A stretch of 64,000 nt of DNA from an uncultured Gemmatimonadales bacterium. GTDB taxonomy: Bacteria; Gemmatimonadota; Gemmatimonadetes; Longimicrobiales; RSA9. A program made the position numbers and the translations under genes. Of the stretch, positions 27,920 to 37,884 are shown piece after piece. Below the pieces are notes generated by a model. The model saw only the letters and a list, made by a program, of their open reading frames with translations, did not search any database and was not told the DNA's origin. The stretch lies in assembly GCA_963708135.1 (NCBI GenBank), contig OY970192.1:1632001-1696000 (forward strand), read 5' to 3'. The number at the start of each line of letters is the position of its first letter. Positions within the stretch are counted from its first letter, which is position 1.

Positions 27920-30900
27920 CCGGCGCCTGCCCTGCGGCGCGCAAGCGGGCGTTCAGGGCGTCGAGTCCGGTGGTGGAGAGCGCGGTCCACTTCGGCAGCA
28001 CGCCCTGCAGCTCGGCGCGCGCCGCGGCGGCCTCCGCCACCTCGCGCGCGGTCGGGGCGACATCGGCGCCCTGCATGGCCATAGCGGCGCCGAGCAGCGC
28101 GGTCGCGGCGCTGCGCAGACTGGGCGGCCCCGATGGCGCGGCGCGGAAGAAGAAGCCGCGGCGGGCCGAGGGCGCGGGCGCGAGGGCCTCGACCTTCGCC
28201 TTGAAGGTCTGGACATCGCTGCCCTGGAGCGAGTCGAGTGCGGCCACGAGCGCCCGCGCCCGGGCGTAGGCCGCATGGGCCTGGACGGCGCCGTCGTACA
28301 TCTCGCGCGAGAGGGAGGCGAGGCGGGCGAGGTCGGCGGGCGGCGTTTTCACGCGCGGATCGAGGCGCAGCGTGAGCGGCCGCGTGAACTGCCGTCCCGC
28401 CACCGTCAGCCGCACGGTATAGCGCCCCGGCGGCGCCCAGGGCGCCTGGACCGACGGGTAGGTGCGGTGGGGCACCGCGGCTCCGCCCTCGGCACGCGGC
28501 TCCTCGCCATCGACGGGGTCATACTTGAGGTCCCAGCTGAAGCGGTGCATCCCGGCTCCGGTGGAGAGGGTCATCTGCGGCGCGGCCCAGTAGAGGGGCA
28601 CGTCGCAATCGGGTGCGCCGGGGTTGCGCTGGCACACCTCGTCGTAGGCGGCGGGATCGGTGCCCGGGTCGGGCTCGAGCACGGGATCATGGCTCGAGTA
28701 GGAGCGGATCACCTTGCCGCCTGTGTCCAGGATGTCCAGGGTCACGGGTCCCGACGTCGCGTGCGCCAGGTAGTAGTCGATGATGCCACCGGGGGGCGGG
28801 TTCTCCCCGGCCGGCAGCTCGGGCGGCCAGGGCGTGGGGTCGTTGGTGCCGAAGCGCACGCGCACGGCCGTCTCGGGCCTGAAGAGGTAGGCGGTGCTCG
28901 CCGCCTCGGCCTCGGCCGCCTGCCGCAGCGGCGTGACGTCGTCGAGGATCCAGAAGCCGCGGCCGTGGGTCCCGGCCACGAGGTCGGAGCAGAGGCAGTG
29001 GTCGTCGTCCTTCACCTGGATGTCGCGCACGGAGACGGCGGGCATGTTCAGCCGCAGCGAGCGCCAGTGGTCGCCGTCATCGAAGGACACCCAGACCTGG
29101 GCGTCGGTGGCGGCGTAGAGGAGGCCCTTCCTGCGCGGGTCCTCGCGGATCGAGTTGGCCACCGCGCCGGGCGCGATCCCGGTGTCGATCTCCGTCCAGG
29201 TCCTGCCGCCGTCGTGGGTGCGCCAGAAGTGCGGGTTCATGTCGTCGATCCGCATCGTGTTGGCGGCGGCGTAGGCGGTGAGCGTGTCGAAGTGGCCGGC
29301 ATCCATGTTGAAGATGCGGGTCCACGGCTTCACGGCGGGAGGCGTCACGTCGCTCCAGTGGGCGCCGCCGTCCATGGTGACCTGGATGTTGCCGTCGTCG
29401 GTACCGGCCCAGAGCACGCCCACGCCGAGCGGCGAGGGCGCGAGCGCGGTGATCACGCCCTGCGGCGAGACCTCGACGTCGCTCGCGTACTTCCCCGCGC
29501 TGGCCGGCACCTTCCAGGTCTTGCGGGAAAGGTCGGGGCTGATGCGCGTCCAGGTGTGCGCGTGGTCCGTCGTCTTCCAGACGGCGTCCGACGTGTAGAA
29601 CAGCACGTCCGGATCTGCCGGAGACCACTGCAGCGGCATGGTGCGCACGTTCCGGTTGTACGGCCCGCCCCGCGGCCCCATGTCCGGCCCGACGTTCGTC
29701 GTCTGCCCCGTCTTCCGGTTGTAGAGCGAGACGTTGTTGCGGCTGCCGCCGTAGACCATGTCGGGGTCGTTCGGGTCGGGCGCGGCGATACCGTACTCCT
29801 GGATGTTGACGGGGTGCCAGTCGTGGAAGGTGATCTCGCCGTCCATGGAGCGGCTCTCGACGCAGGCGGAGCCGGAGTCCTGCTGGCCGCCGCAGAGGCG
29901 GTAGGGGAAGGCGTTGTCCGCGGTGACGTGGTACATGGCGGCCGTGGGCTGGGTGTACCAGTTGCTCCACGAGGCGCCGCGGTTGCCGGAGACCACCGCG
30001 CCCTGGTCCGCCACGGCGAGGATGATGTTCGGGTCGTTCGGGTTGATCCAGATCTTCTGGTAGTCGTCGCCGCCCGGCGCGCCGCGCACGGCGCTCCACA
30101 TGCGGCCGCCGTCCTCCGTCCGCCACATGACGACGGAAGCGCTGTAGACCACGTTCGGGTCCTTCGGGTCAATGGTGATGGTCGGCAGATCGCCGCCGCC
30201 GATACGGCGCAGGGGACGCGGATCGGCGACCCCGTCGCCGGCATCCTTCGCCGCCGGGTCGTCCACGGCCTGCCAGTGCGCGCCCGCGTCGGTGGAGCGG
30301 TAGAGGGCGACGACGCCGGTCGTGCCACCGTCGCGTCCCGCCCCCGTGGCGGCCGACCGCTCCGGCGTCACCGCGGCGATGGCGTAGACGATGTCGGGGT
30401 TGCTCGGCGCGATGGCCAGGTTGGCCTCGATCACCTGCGGCAGGCCGGCGCTCAGCTGCGTCCAGGTGGTGCCGCCGTCGGTGGACTTGAAGATGCCGTT
30501 GCCGGTGCCGCCGAACTCGCCGCTCTCGCGGAAGCTCTGCTGCTGCTGCCAGAGCGTGGCGTACACGACGCTCGGGTCGGCGGGGTCGATCAGCACGTCG
30601 TTGCCGCTCGTGTACTCATCCTTGTAGAGCACCTTCTCGAAGGTCTTGCCGCCATCGGTCGAGCGGAAGATCCCGCGCTCCGGGTTGGGGCCGTAGGGGT
30701 GGCCGAGCGCCGCCACGAACAGCCGGTCCGGGTTGGTGGGGTCCACGGCGATGTTGGCGATCATCTGCGTCTCGTCGAGGCCCAGGTGCGTCCACGTCGC
30801 GCCCGCGTCCGCCGACCTGTAGACGCCGTCGCCCGTGGACAGGTCGGGGCGGATGATGCCGGCGCCGGTGCCGACGTAGATCAGGCTCGGGTTGGTGGGC

Positions 30901-31187
30901 GCGACCGCGATGGCGCCGATCGAGCCGGTGGCCTCGTTGTCGAAGAGCGGATGCCAGGTGGAGCCGTAGTCGGTCGAGCGCCAGACGCCGCCGTTGTCGA
31001 AGCCGACGTAGAAGACGTTGGGCTGGCCGGGCACGCCGGAGAGCGCGCGGGCGCGGCCGGCGCGGGGCGGACCGATCTGGCGCCAGCGCATGCCGGAATA
31101 CAGGTCGGGCGCCTGCGCCGCCGCGAGCGAGGCCGAGGCGGCGAGCAGGATCAGGGTGAGGGTCGCTCGGAAGAGGGCTGTGCGCAC
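27903..31187 (-). CDS. Secreted BNR/VPS10 (sortilin-like) beta-propeller glycosyl hydrolase
   Basis: Signal peptide; WRQIGP.RAGR; many SxDGGxTW Asp-boxes; GGQQDSG, GTHGRGFWILDD. Confidence 0.88.
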   Translation of the reverse strand: MRTALFRATLTLILLAASASLAAAQAPDLYSGMRWRQIGPPRAGRARALSGVPGQPNVFYVGFDNGGVWRSTDYGSTWHPLFDNEATGSIGAIAVAPTNPSLIYVGTGAGIIRPDLSTGDGVYRSADAGATWTHLGLDETQMIANIAVDPTNPDRLFVAALGHPYGPNPERGIFRSTDGGKTFEKVLYKDEYTSGNDVLIDPADPSVVYATLWQQQQSFRESGEFGGTGNGIFKSTDGGTTWTQLSAGLPQVIEANLAIAPSNPDIVYAIAAVTPERSAATGAGRDGGTTGVVALYRSTDAGAHWQAVDDPAAKDAGDGVADPRPLRRIGGGDLPTITIDPKDPNVVYSASVVMWRTEDGGRMWSAVRGAPGGDDYQKIWINPNDPNIILAVADQGAVVSGNRGASWSNWYTQPTAAMYHVTADNAFPYRLCGGQQDSGSACVESRSMDGEITFHDWHPVNIQEYGIAAPDPNDPDMVYGGSRNNVSLYNRKTGQTTNVGPDMGPRGGPYNRNVRTMPLQWSPADPDVLFYTSDAVWKTTDHAHTWTRISPDLSRKTWKVPASAGKYASDVEVSPQGVITALAPSPLGVGVLWAGTDDGNIQVTMDGGAHWSDVTPPAVKPWTRIFNMDAGHFDTLTAYAAANTMRIDDMNPHFWRTHDGGRTWTEIDTGIAPGAVANSIREDPRRKGLLYAATDAQVWVSFDDGDHWRSLRLNMPAVSVRDIQVKDDDHCLCSDLVAGTHGRGFWILDDVTPLRQAAEAEAASTAYLFRPETAVRVRFGTNDPTPWPPELPAGENPPPGGIIDYYLAHATSGPVTLDILDTGGKVIRSYSSHDPVLEPDPGTDPAAYDEVCQRNPGAPDCDVPLYWAAPQMTLSTGAGMHRFSWDLKYDPVDGEEPRAEGGAAVPHRTYPSVQAPWAPPGRYTVRLTVAGRQFTRPLTLRLDPRVKTPPADLARLASLSREMYDGAVQAHAAYARARALVAALDSLQGSDVQTFKAKVEALAPAPSARRGFFFRAAPSGPPSLRSAATALLGAAMAMQGADVAPTAREVAEAAAARAELQGVLPKWTALSTTGLDALNARLRAAGQAPVTLPK

Positions 31188-31367
31188 GGAGACCGCCTCC
31201 TGGCTCTGCGTGGAGCATCCGATGGATTCGGAATCGATGAGCCATGAAGATGGGGCGGGCGCGGTCCCCGTGCCAGCGGGAGCGGCCGCGGGCCGTCCGG
31301 GCGCTTCAGCCGAGGGGCCGCCGCGGCAGGGGAGGAGGGCCGCCTCTCGGCGGCGGGTCTCGCCGTC

Positions 31368-31982
31368 CTATTGCGGGCCCGGTCCCCGCGAAGCGGCGGA
31401 GCGGCGGTAGAGGCCGACGAAGGCCTGCCGCCACGTCGCGCCGGCGTCGGGCGAGATCTCCCACACCTGGCGGACGCGGCCGTCGGGGAGCGGCGTCCAG
31501 GTGATCCGGTCGAGGACCCGGCCGCGCACGGTGGTGCGCGCGGCGGCCCCGGCCAGGACCATGGCCGCGCCGTCGAGGCCGCCCACGAGCCAGAGCGTGG
31601 ATCCGCCGCCGACCCAGCGCTGCGTCCAGCGGCCGAGATCGGTGTCGTAGGTGTTGATGCTGGTGCCGTGGCTGCCGTCGCCGCCGTCCCAGCTCTCGAG
31701 CAGCCCGCAGCCGTCGGCGATGCGGCGCACGCGGTCGCGGCCGAGCACCTGCCCCTTCGGGCTCCGCACCTCCCAGTCCCCCAGCCAGAAGTCGAAGCTG
31801 CGGAACTCCGGGCGACGGCAGCGGGTGGCGGTCGAGTCGGCCGTGGCCCCGGCGCCCGCGAGCGCGCGACGCTCCGCTGCGGAGCCGGCGCCGCCGCGCC
31901 CGCCCCAGACGGCCGCGCCGACCAGCGCGGCGGCGGTCAGCGGCAGCGCGCAACGCATGGCGAACGCTCCGGCGGCCATCAC
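31368..31982 (-). CDS. Exported hypothetical protein (FDFWLG beta-barrel, DUF1579-like)
   Basis: RBS GGAGG; hydrophobic N-terminus; CRRPEFRSFDFWLGDWEV...GCGLLESW...SPDAGATW. Confidence 0.7.
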   Translation of the reverse strand: MMAAGAFAMRCALPLTAAALVGAAVWGGRGGAGSAAERRALAGAGATADSTATRCRRPEFRSFDFWLGDWEVRSPKGQVLGRDRVRRIADGCGLLESWDGGDGSHGTSINTYDTDLGRWTQRWVGGGSTLWLVGGLDGAAMVLAGAAARTTVRGRVLDRITWTPLPDGRVRQVWEISPDAGATWRQAFVGLYRRSAASRGPGPQ

Positions 31983-32135
31983 GCCTCCTATTCCTCCCGG
32001 AGGACCCTTGCCGGGTCGGTATGGCGTAGCGCGTGGCGGAGAAGCATGGGCGCGGCTCCGGGCTGCGGGGAGGGCGCCGGCGGCGCGAGGGGCCCGGCGA
32101 AACCCCCGGCGCCGCCGGTCGCCCGCGGCAGGATG

Positions 32136-32177
32136 AAGATGGCGGGCGGCGAGGCGAGCGCGCTATCAGAATCCTGC
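32136..32177 (-). promoter_or_regulatory. Putative AraC-activated promoter, copy 1
   Basis: GCAGGATTCTGATAGCGC-N15-CGCCATCTT; near-identical copy at 34265-34306. Confidence 0.7.
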
Positions 32178-33116
32178 GCGGCCGGTTCGGGCGGGATTGC
32201 CGGAGGCGTCGTCGAGGCGGCTGGCGAGCGCGCGGATCCGGCGCGACGAGGCGGCGCGCCTGAACTCGGAGGGGGTGATGGCGAACGCCTGGCGGAACGC
32301 GGCCGTGAAGTGGCTGTGGCTGGAGAAGCCGAGGTCGAAGGCGACGCGGCTAAGGTCGGAGCCCCCGTCCGCGACGAGCTCGAGCGAGCGCCGCAGCCGG
32401 AGCTGGTTGCGATAGCGATGGACCGTGGTGCCGAGCTCGCGCCGGAAGGCGCGGCAGAGCTGGAAGACGGAGCTGCCGGCGGCGCGGGCGAGCTCGTCGA
32501 GGGAGGCGGCGCGGCGGAAGTTGGCGAGCAGGAACGAGCGGACGTTGTGAACGCGAGGGTCGCGCCGCGGCTCCTCGCCGGCGGACGGGAGGGCTTCGGC
32601 GCGCGCGCAGGCCAGGCCGAGGAGGCGGCCGAGGAGGCGCACGACGGCCTCCTCCACCGGCAGCGGGTCGGGCGCCGGGGCCTCATGGACATGGCGCACG
32701 ATCATGCGCTGGAGCGCGTAGGAGGCGGGATCGCTCGGGCCGTGGGTCAGGGCGAATGGGCGGTCCGGCCGGTCCGCCACCGACGGGTCGCGGGCGGCCA
32801 CGATCTCGTGGAGCACGTCGGGGCGGACAGCGAACCAGTCGGAGGCGTCGCCGCGCGCATCCACGGCGCGCCGCAGGTAGCGCTGGCCGGCGTTGTAGTA
32901 GGTGACCGTGCAGGGGTCGGCGGTGAACGGCCTGCCGGCCTCGTGCTGGATCTCGACGCTGGTCCGGGGAAACACGAAGATCGCGTCGGAGGTCGGGCCC
33001 GAGTCGTGGAAGCGCGGGTGGTCGACGGCCGCGCGGAACGCGCCGATCGTGACGAGGCCGGAGCCGAAGAGGGTGCGGTCGAGGGGCGGCGGCCCATCGT
33101 GGTGCTGCGGCTGCAT
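32166..33116 (-). CDS. AraC family transcriptional regulator
   Basis: SLDELARAAGSSVFQLCRAFRRELG...LRLRRSL...VAFDLGFSSHSHFTAAFRQAFAITPSEFR. Confidence 0.92.
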   Translation of the reverse strand: MQPQHHDGPPPLDRTLFGSGLVTIGAFRAAVDHPRFHDSGPTSDAIFVFPRTSVEIQHEAGRPFTADPCTVTYYNAGQRYLRRAVDARGDASDWFAVRPDVLHEIVAARDPSVADRPDRPFALTHGPSDPASYALQRMIVRHVHEAPAPDPLPVEEAVVRLLGRLLGLACARAEALPSAGEEPRRDPRVHNVRSFLLANFRRAASLDELARAAGSSVFQLCRAFRRELGTTVHRYRNQLRLRRSLELVADGGSDLSRVAFDLGFSSHSHFTAAFRQAFAITPSEFRRAASSRRIRALASRLDDASGNPARTGRAGF

Positions 33117-33190
33117 GGAGATTCCTCGCTGGCGGGAGAAGCCCACCCGATGAATATGGAACTCCGCCGGCTAGCGTAAGGGTCCCGCCG

Positions 33191-34213
33191 CTACCGCCTG
33201 AGCTGCTCCATCGTCCAGACCGTCGTCCAGCTCCCGCCGCGCGGGCGAGCCGCCAGCTCCCAGAGCACGGCGTCGCCGCGGCGGGCGAAACGGATGCGGC
33301 GCGCCGGGCCGCCCGGCGCACGCGGCGGCGCCTCGAACTCGCCCAGGCCGTCTGTGAAGGCGCCGCGGAACGGCGCGCCGAACGCGCCGGCGGCGGTGTC
33401 GATCCAGTAGATGCGCCAGCGCCCGGCGTCGGGGTCCCAGGCGCGCAGGCTGGCACCGCGGATCCGGTGCGGCGCCCGCATCCCTGCCCAGAAGTAGAGG
33501 ACCTCGCCCTGCCAGCTCTCCGCGAGCGCGCACGGTCCGGCACGGCTGACGACGGTGCGCGCCGGGAGCGGGCGGGCGGCCGCGTCGCCGGAGGCGAAGC
33601 GCTGGGCGATCGACCAGCGGCCGAGCCAGAAGTCGAAGCCGCCGGCGCCGCCGCCCCGGCAGCGCGCGGCTTCCGGGGTGGCCAGGTCCAGGGCGACGCG
33701 CCAGGCGCCGTTCTCCCGGATCCAGGCGGTCAGGTAGCGGCCGGCGGCGGGGGGCGGCCCGGCCCGCTCCGGCTCGATCCACCAGCGGCCGGCCGTGTAG
33801 CCGAGGGTATCGGGCCACAGCATGGCCGCGGTGTCCGGCTCCCAGCGGAAGCGCGGCCCCACCCGCTCGAGCATGGAGGCGACGGACTCCGCGACCGCGC
33901 GCGGCCCGACCACCTGCCGTCCCCGCCCGTCCTCCTTCCTTCCGCGCGCGGCCCAGACGGCGGCCCACGCCGCAGCGCCCCTCGCGCGGGAGTCGGCGGC
34001 GAACGCCCGGTCCGCGGCGATCAGCTCGTCCGGCGTGCCGGCGATCACATGGGTCGCAATCGAGGCCAGCGCGGCCGAATCGAGGCCCGGCGCGCGATCC
34101 GCGCCGCGGCCGCCGGCGCAGCCGACGGCGAACAGGACGGCGGCCGCGGCGAGGGTGGGGGAGAAGCAGCGCGACAGTGGCGCGGCGGTGCGCGTCGGAG
34201 GGTGTGCGCTCAC
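33191..34213 (-). CDS. Lipoprotein: SnoaL/DUF4440-like domain fused to an FDFWLG domain
   Basis: AVGC lipobox; LIAADRAF...GRYLTAW.RENGAWRVALD (NTF2-like), then FDFWLGRW...CALAESW. Start is uncertain (34213 GTG or 34261 ATG). Confidence 0.7.
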   Translation of the reverse strand: MSAHPPTRTAAPLSRCFSPTLAAAAVLFAVGCAGGRGADRAPGLDSAALASIATHVIAGTPDELIAADRAFAADSRARGAAAWAAVWAARGRKEDGRGRQVVGPRAVAESVASMLERVGPRFRWEPDTAAMLWPDTLGYTAGRWWIEPERAGPPPAAGRYLTAWIRENGAWRVALDLATPEAARCRGGGAGGFDFWLGRWSIAQRFASGDAAARPLPARTVVSRAGPCALAESWQGEVLYFWAGMRAPHRIRGASLRAWDPDAGRWRIYWIDTAAGAFGAPFRGAFTDGLGEFEAPPRAPGGPARRIRFARRGDAVLWELAARPRGGSWTTVWTMEQLRR

Positions 34214-34264
34214 GGGGCGGCTCGTGCGGACGGGGGTCGGGAGGTCACGGATCGGATCCATCCA

Positions 34265-34306
34265 AAGATGGCGCCGCTCCCGGGCGCGGCGCTATCAGAA
34301 TCTTGC
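34265..34306 (-). promoter_or_regulatory. Putative AraC-activated promoter, copy 2
   Basis: GCAAGATTCTGATAGCGC-N15-CGCCATCTT, same spacing as copy 1. Confidence 0.7.
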
Positions 34307-34316
34307 CCGGCGCCGC

Positions 34317-35411
34317 TCACGGCGCGGCGAGCGAGAGCGCCAGCGGCAGCCCAAGGAACCGGGCGTACTCCGCGGCCGCCGCCTCGACGGCCCCGATGCC
34401 CGCGGGGTCCAGCCGGCCGAACATCCGGACCTCCACCGACACGGCGTCGCGGGCAAGCGTGCGACGCCACACCCCCGCGATCCTGCCGTCGAGGGCGACG
34501 GTCGGGCCGAGCATACCGCCGCCGGCGTTCACGTGCGCGGCGTATATCGGCTCGAGGACCGCGCTCCGGTCCGTGTAGCCGACCAGGTACTCGTCGAACG
34601 CCGGGAGAAGCCGCGCGCGCGGCGGCCCCGCGGCTCCCGAGTCGTCCACGCCGCTCACCGGCGGTCCCGCCGCGCTCCAGTAGGTCCGGCCCTCGAGCTC
34701 GTGCCCGACGAAACGCTCCGCCGCCGTCTCCAGCGCGCGCCGGGCGTCGGCCGCCGGCAGGCCGGACCACCAGGCGAAATCCCGGACGGTGGCAGGGCCG
34801 CGCGCCGCGAAGTAGCGCGTCGCGAGCTCGGCCAGCGCGTCGTCGCCTTGAAGGGTGGTGCCGCCGGGGACCCACTCGTCCAGCAGGACGAACGTCTGCT
34901 GCTTGCCGCGGCGGGCGCCGAGGCAGATCAGGCCGTCCTGCGCGCAGCGCCACAGCAGGTGATAGGTGCGCTGGCCGGAGGGGTCGATGCCGGCGCCCGC
35001 CAGGACGGCGCGCATCTCGTCGCGGGTGAGGCCTCGCCCGCCTTCGAGCGCGCGCCCGAAGGCCTCGCCGGCGCGCGTGACCACGCGCTCGTCCAGTCCG
35101 AGCTGCGCCATCCGGCGGGCCGCGCGGGCCACGGCCCTCGGTGCCAGCCGTGCGAGCAGCCAGCGGACGTCCGCCGCGGGCACGAGGTGGAGCGTGCCGC
35201 GCATCGGCCAGGTGCGCACGATCGTTCGCGCGGCGATGGCCGCCTCGATCGTCGCCTCCGTGGCGTCCCGCGTCCGGAGCCCTACGGCCCAGAGCGAGGC
35301 GTGGTAGTCCTGGGCCTGCACGGCGCCCAGCCAGCCGACCGCCCCGCCCGCTCGCTCGAAGGGCGTGTGCGCGAGAAGCTGGTTGTGCCAACGCGATGTG
35401 GCGAGATCCAA
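34317..35411 (-). CDS. AlkZ-like (HTH_42) DNA glycosylase
   Basis: AVQAQD (QxQ motif), RTWPMRGTLH, RYFAARGPATVRDFAWWSG, LLPAFDEYLVGY. Confidence 0.88.
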   Translation of the reverse strand: MDLATSRWHNQLLAHTPFERAGGAVGWLGAVQAQDYHASLWAVGLRTRDATEATIEAAIAARTIVRTWPMRGTLHLVPAADVRWLLARLAPRAVARAARRMAQLGLDERVVTRAGEAFGRALEGGRGLTRDEMRAVLAGAGIDPSGQRTYHLLWRCAQDGLICLGARRGKQQTFVLLDEWVPGGTTLQGDDALAELATRYFAARGPATVRDFAWWSGLPAADARRALETAAERFVGHELEGRTYWSAAGPPVSGVDDSGAAGPPRARLLPAFDEYLVGYTDRSAVLEPIYAAHVNAGGGMLGPTVALDGRIAGVWRRTLARDAVSVEVRMFGRLDPAGIGAVEAAAAEYARFLGLPLALSLAAP

Positions 35412-35489
35412 CGCGGCCCCCGGTCGTGAGACGGGTGGAGCGGGCGGGCCGCAAGGTAGTCGCGGGCGAGTCGGCGAATCAACGGGCGG

Positions 35490-36137
35490 TCACCCCCGCC
35501 ACGCCTGCCGGTAGCCGACCCAGCAGTGCCACGCGGTCACGCCGACGATGCCGGTGGCGAAGATGCCCATGAAGAGCGTGCCCCAGCCGGGCAGTGAATG
35601 GGTCGTGAAGTTCGCGACCTGCTTCGTGCCCAGCACCGCGGGCATGAAGCCGGCGATGGTCACCGGCGCGTGCGGGTCCAGGTCGTGGCCGAAGACGTAG
35701 AGCTTGAAGACGAAGCGAGCCAGCGCGAACGCCGAGACGTAGGTCGTGAGGACCGTCAGGTCCACCAGCGTGCGCACGTTGCCGATGACCGCCGCGCGCA
35801 GCGTCAGGATGGCCAGCAGCCCGAGCGCGAACGGGATCCAGTCGAGGTCCGAGAGCTCGGCGCGGTTGATCTTGCGCATCCCAATGTAGTGGTTGAGCTC
35901 GTTGATCTCGTCAATGTCGTGGTTGTCGTGCCCGCCCGTCAGCCGGTAGCTGTAGATGTCCATGTACAGCCCGGTCGGGTACTGCGGCGCCTCCATGCTG
36001 ATGCGCCAGAGCGGCTTCGTGAAGCTGAGCGCCAGCGGCACCACGAGCAGGACCAGCAGGATGCGGCTGCGGAAGCGCAGCGGCTCGTTGAGGAAGGTCT
36101 CGAACCGGTCCACCAGGGACTGCATGCTCCTCTTCAT
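35490..36137 (-). CDS. nosB: Clade II nos-associated membrane protein NosB
   Basis: PLWRISMEAPQYP.GL, EINELNHYIGM, FGHDLDPHAP, GTKQVANF; 4 TM; last gene of the nos operon. Confidence 0.8.
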   Translation of the reverse strand: MKRSMQSLVDRFETFLNEPLRFRSRILLVLLVVPLALSFTKPLWRISMEAPQYPTGLYMDIYSYRLTGGHDNHDIDEINELNHYIGMRKINRAELSDLDWIPFALGLLAILTLRAAVIGNVRTLVDLTVLTTYVSAFALARFVFKLYVFGHDLDPHAPVTIAGFMPAVLGTKQVANFTTHSLPGWGTLFMGIFATGIVGVTAWHCWVGYRQAWRG

Positions 36138-36198
36138 GTATCGACTCCCATCTATTTTCTGAGCAACGACTTGGCTCGTGTCACATCTTCGGTCGCCT

Positions 36199-37221
36199 TC
36201 ACACCAGGTCGCCACGGCGGATGCCGCGCCAGCCCAGCCACCAGGACAGCGTTCCCACCACCACCGGCCACGCCACGCCCACCACGAACAGCAGGCGCGT
36301 GCCCAGGTGCCGCGCCAGGAAATAGCCGACGGGTCCGAGGGTGCCGAGCCCCGGCTCCGCCGCGGACAGCAGCGCCAGGCGCGCCGCTTCCACAGGGTTC
36401 ACCGCGGCGAGGGCGAACACGGCGGGCGCGGGCACCTGCCACTCGAGCATGACGCCGATCAGCGCGAAGTCGAGCAGCGCCACGCCGAGCACCCAGACCA
36501 GGAGCACGGCGATCATGGCGCGGGCCGGCTCGCGGATGCGGACCGAGAGCGCGAGCCCGATGCCGGCAAAGCTCCACAGCAGCGCGGCGCTCACGGCCAG
36601 GCCGCGGCCGAGGAAACCCCATGGCACCGGCTGTCCGAACGCCAGCGCGCCGCCCAGGGCGAGCCCGGGAAGCAGCACGAGAAGCGGCAGGAGCAGGCTT
36701 CCCACGCGGACGAGCGTCACCGCCGCGTAGTAGTCCGCGCGGGTGACCGGATGGCTGAAGAGCAGCTCGAGGGTGCCGTCCTCGCGGGCACGGTTGACCA
36801 CCAGCCCGGTTCCGGTGAGGGCGAGGAGCGGCAGCAGCAGCACGAGCGCGTGCGTGAGCGAGAGCAGCACCCGGTCCATGCCAGTGAAGCCGAGGACGTC
36901 CGACTCGCGCAGCCCGACGACCACGAAGAGCGCCGCGAGCACGCCGTAGAGGCCGGCGCAGAAGAGCAGCCAGCGCGAGCGGAGCACCTCGCCGAGCTCC
37001 AGCCTGGCGAGCGCGGCCACCCGCGTCCAGGACGAGGTCGAGTCCTCCGCCCCGGCACGGCTGTCCGCCTCCGGCGACGTCACGGCCGCATCGGCTCCGG
37101 CGTTGCGCCGCTCCGTCTCCGCACGGCCCGCCCGCGGCCCGTCCGGCGCTGTGGTCCTGCGTCCGCGATCCCTGGCGCCGTGGGCGTCGAAGGTGAAGCG
37201 GGCCAGATCGACGGTTTCCAT
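36199..37221 (-). CDS. nosY: NosY-type ABC permease
   Basis: Multi-TM; REDGTLELLFSHPVTR, AVNPVEAAR; follows nosF. Confidence 0.85.
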   Translation of the reverse strand: METVDLARFTFDAHGARDRGRRTTAPDGPRAGRAETERRNAGADAAVTSPEADSRAGAEDSTSSWTRVAALARLELGEVLRSRWLLFCAGLYGVLAALFVVVGLRESDVLGFTGMDRVLLSLTHALVLLLPLLALTGTGLVVNRAREDGTLELLFSHPVTRADYYAAVTLVRVGSLLLPLLVLLPGLALGGALAFGQPVPWGFLGRGLAVSAALLWSFAGIGLALSVRIREPARAMIAVLLVWVLGVALLDFALIGVMLEWQVPAPAVFALAAVNPVEAARLALLSAAEPGLGTLGPVGYFLARHLGTRLLFVVGVAWPVVVGTLSWWLGWRGIRRGDLV

Positions 37222-37883
37222 CAGCGTGCCTCCGCCCGCCAGGTGTCCACGTGCGTGTCCATCGCGACGCGGCCATCCTCGAGGCCCACGACGCGGTCCA
37301 CCAGCCGGCGCACCTCGTCCAGCCGGTGCGAGCTGAGCAGCAGCGTGGCGCCCGCCGCGCGCTCCTCGAAGAGCGTGAAGAAGGCCTCGCGCGTGTGGGC
37401 ATCCAGGCTGGCCGTGGGCTCGTCCATGATCAGGAGGGAGACGGGGGCCGCGAGCGCCAGCGCGATGAGCAACTTCTGCTTCATGCCCCCCGAGAGCGCC
37501 CGGACCGGCCGCTTCGCCACGACGTCGAGGTCGAGGCCGAGGCGGTCGGCCACGACACGGATCTCCGTGCCGGGGAGCCCGCGCAGCCGCGCCACGGCGC
37601 GCACCACCTCGCCCACGCTGGCGCCCAGCTGCGGCGCGGCCTGCGGCACGCAGGCCATGTGGGAGGCCAGCCGCGTGCGGTGCGCGAACGGGTCGCGCCC
37701 ATCCAGGCGCACCTGCCCCTCGCAGCGCAGGACGCCCATCACGGCACGGACGAGCGTGGACTTGCCGGAGCCGTTCGGCCCCACCAGACCCACCCGGCCG
37801 CCGGCGGGCACGCACAGGGAGATGCCCCTGAGCGCCTTCACGTCCTCGAAGCTCTTGCGAACCTCTTCCAGCTCGATGCGCAC
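37221..37883 (-). CDS. nosF: NosF-type ABC ATPase
   Basis: GPNGSGKS, LSGGMKQK, MDEPTASLD, SSH; sits between nosD and nosY. Confidence 0.88.
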   Translation of the reverse strand: MRIELEEVRKSFEDVKALRGISLCVPAGGRVGLVGPNGSGKSTLVRAVMGVLRCEGQVRLDGRDPFAHRTRLASHMACVPQAAPQLGASVGEVVRAVARLRGLPGTEIRVVADRLGLDLDVVAKRPVRALSGGMKQKLLIALALAAPVSLLIMDEPTASLDAHTREAFFTLFEERAAGATLLLSSHRLDEVRRLVDRVVGLEDGRVAMDTHVDTWRAEAR

Positions 37884-37884
37884 G

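Noticed and set aside
27777..31247. Very long antisense or alternate-frame ORFs (e.g. 27777-31247 +, 39382-41475 +, 36178-39306 +, 14491-16407 -)
   Set aside because: Shadow ORFs of real genes in high-GC DNA; they have no motifs and the opposite strand carries recognisable proteins.
36170..36185. Third Crp box before nosB (TGTGACACGAGCCAAG); also 42101 TGTGACCCAAAGCTAC
   Set aside because: Only a half-site matches, so it is not supportable.
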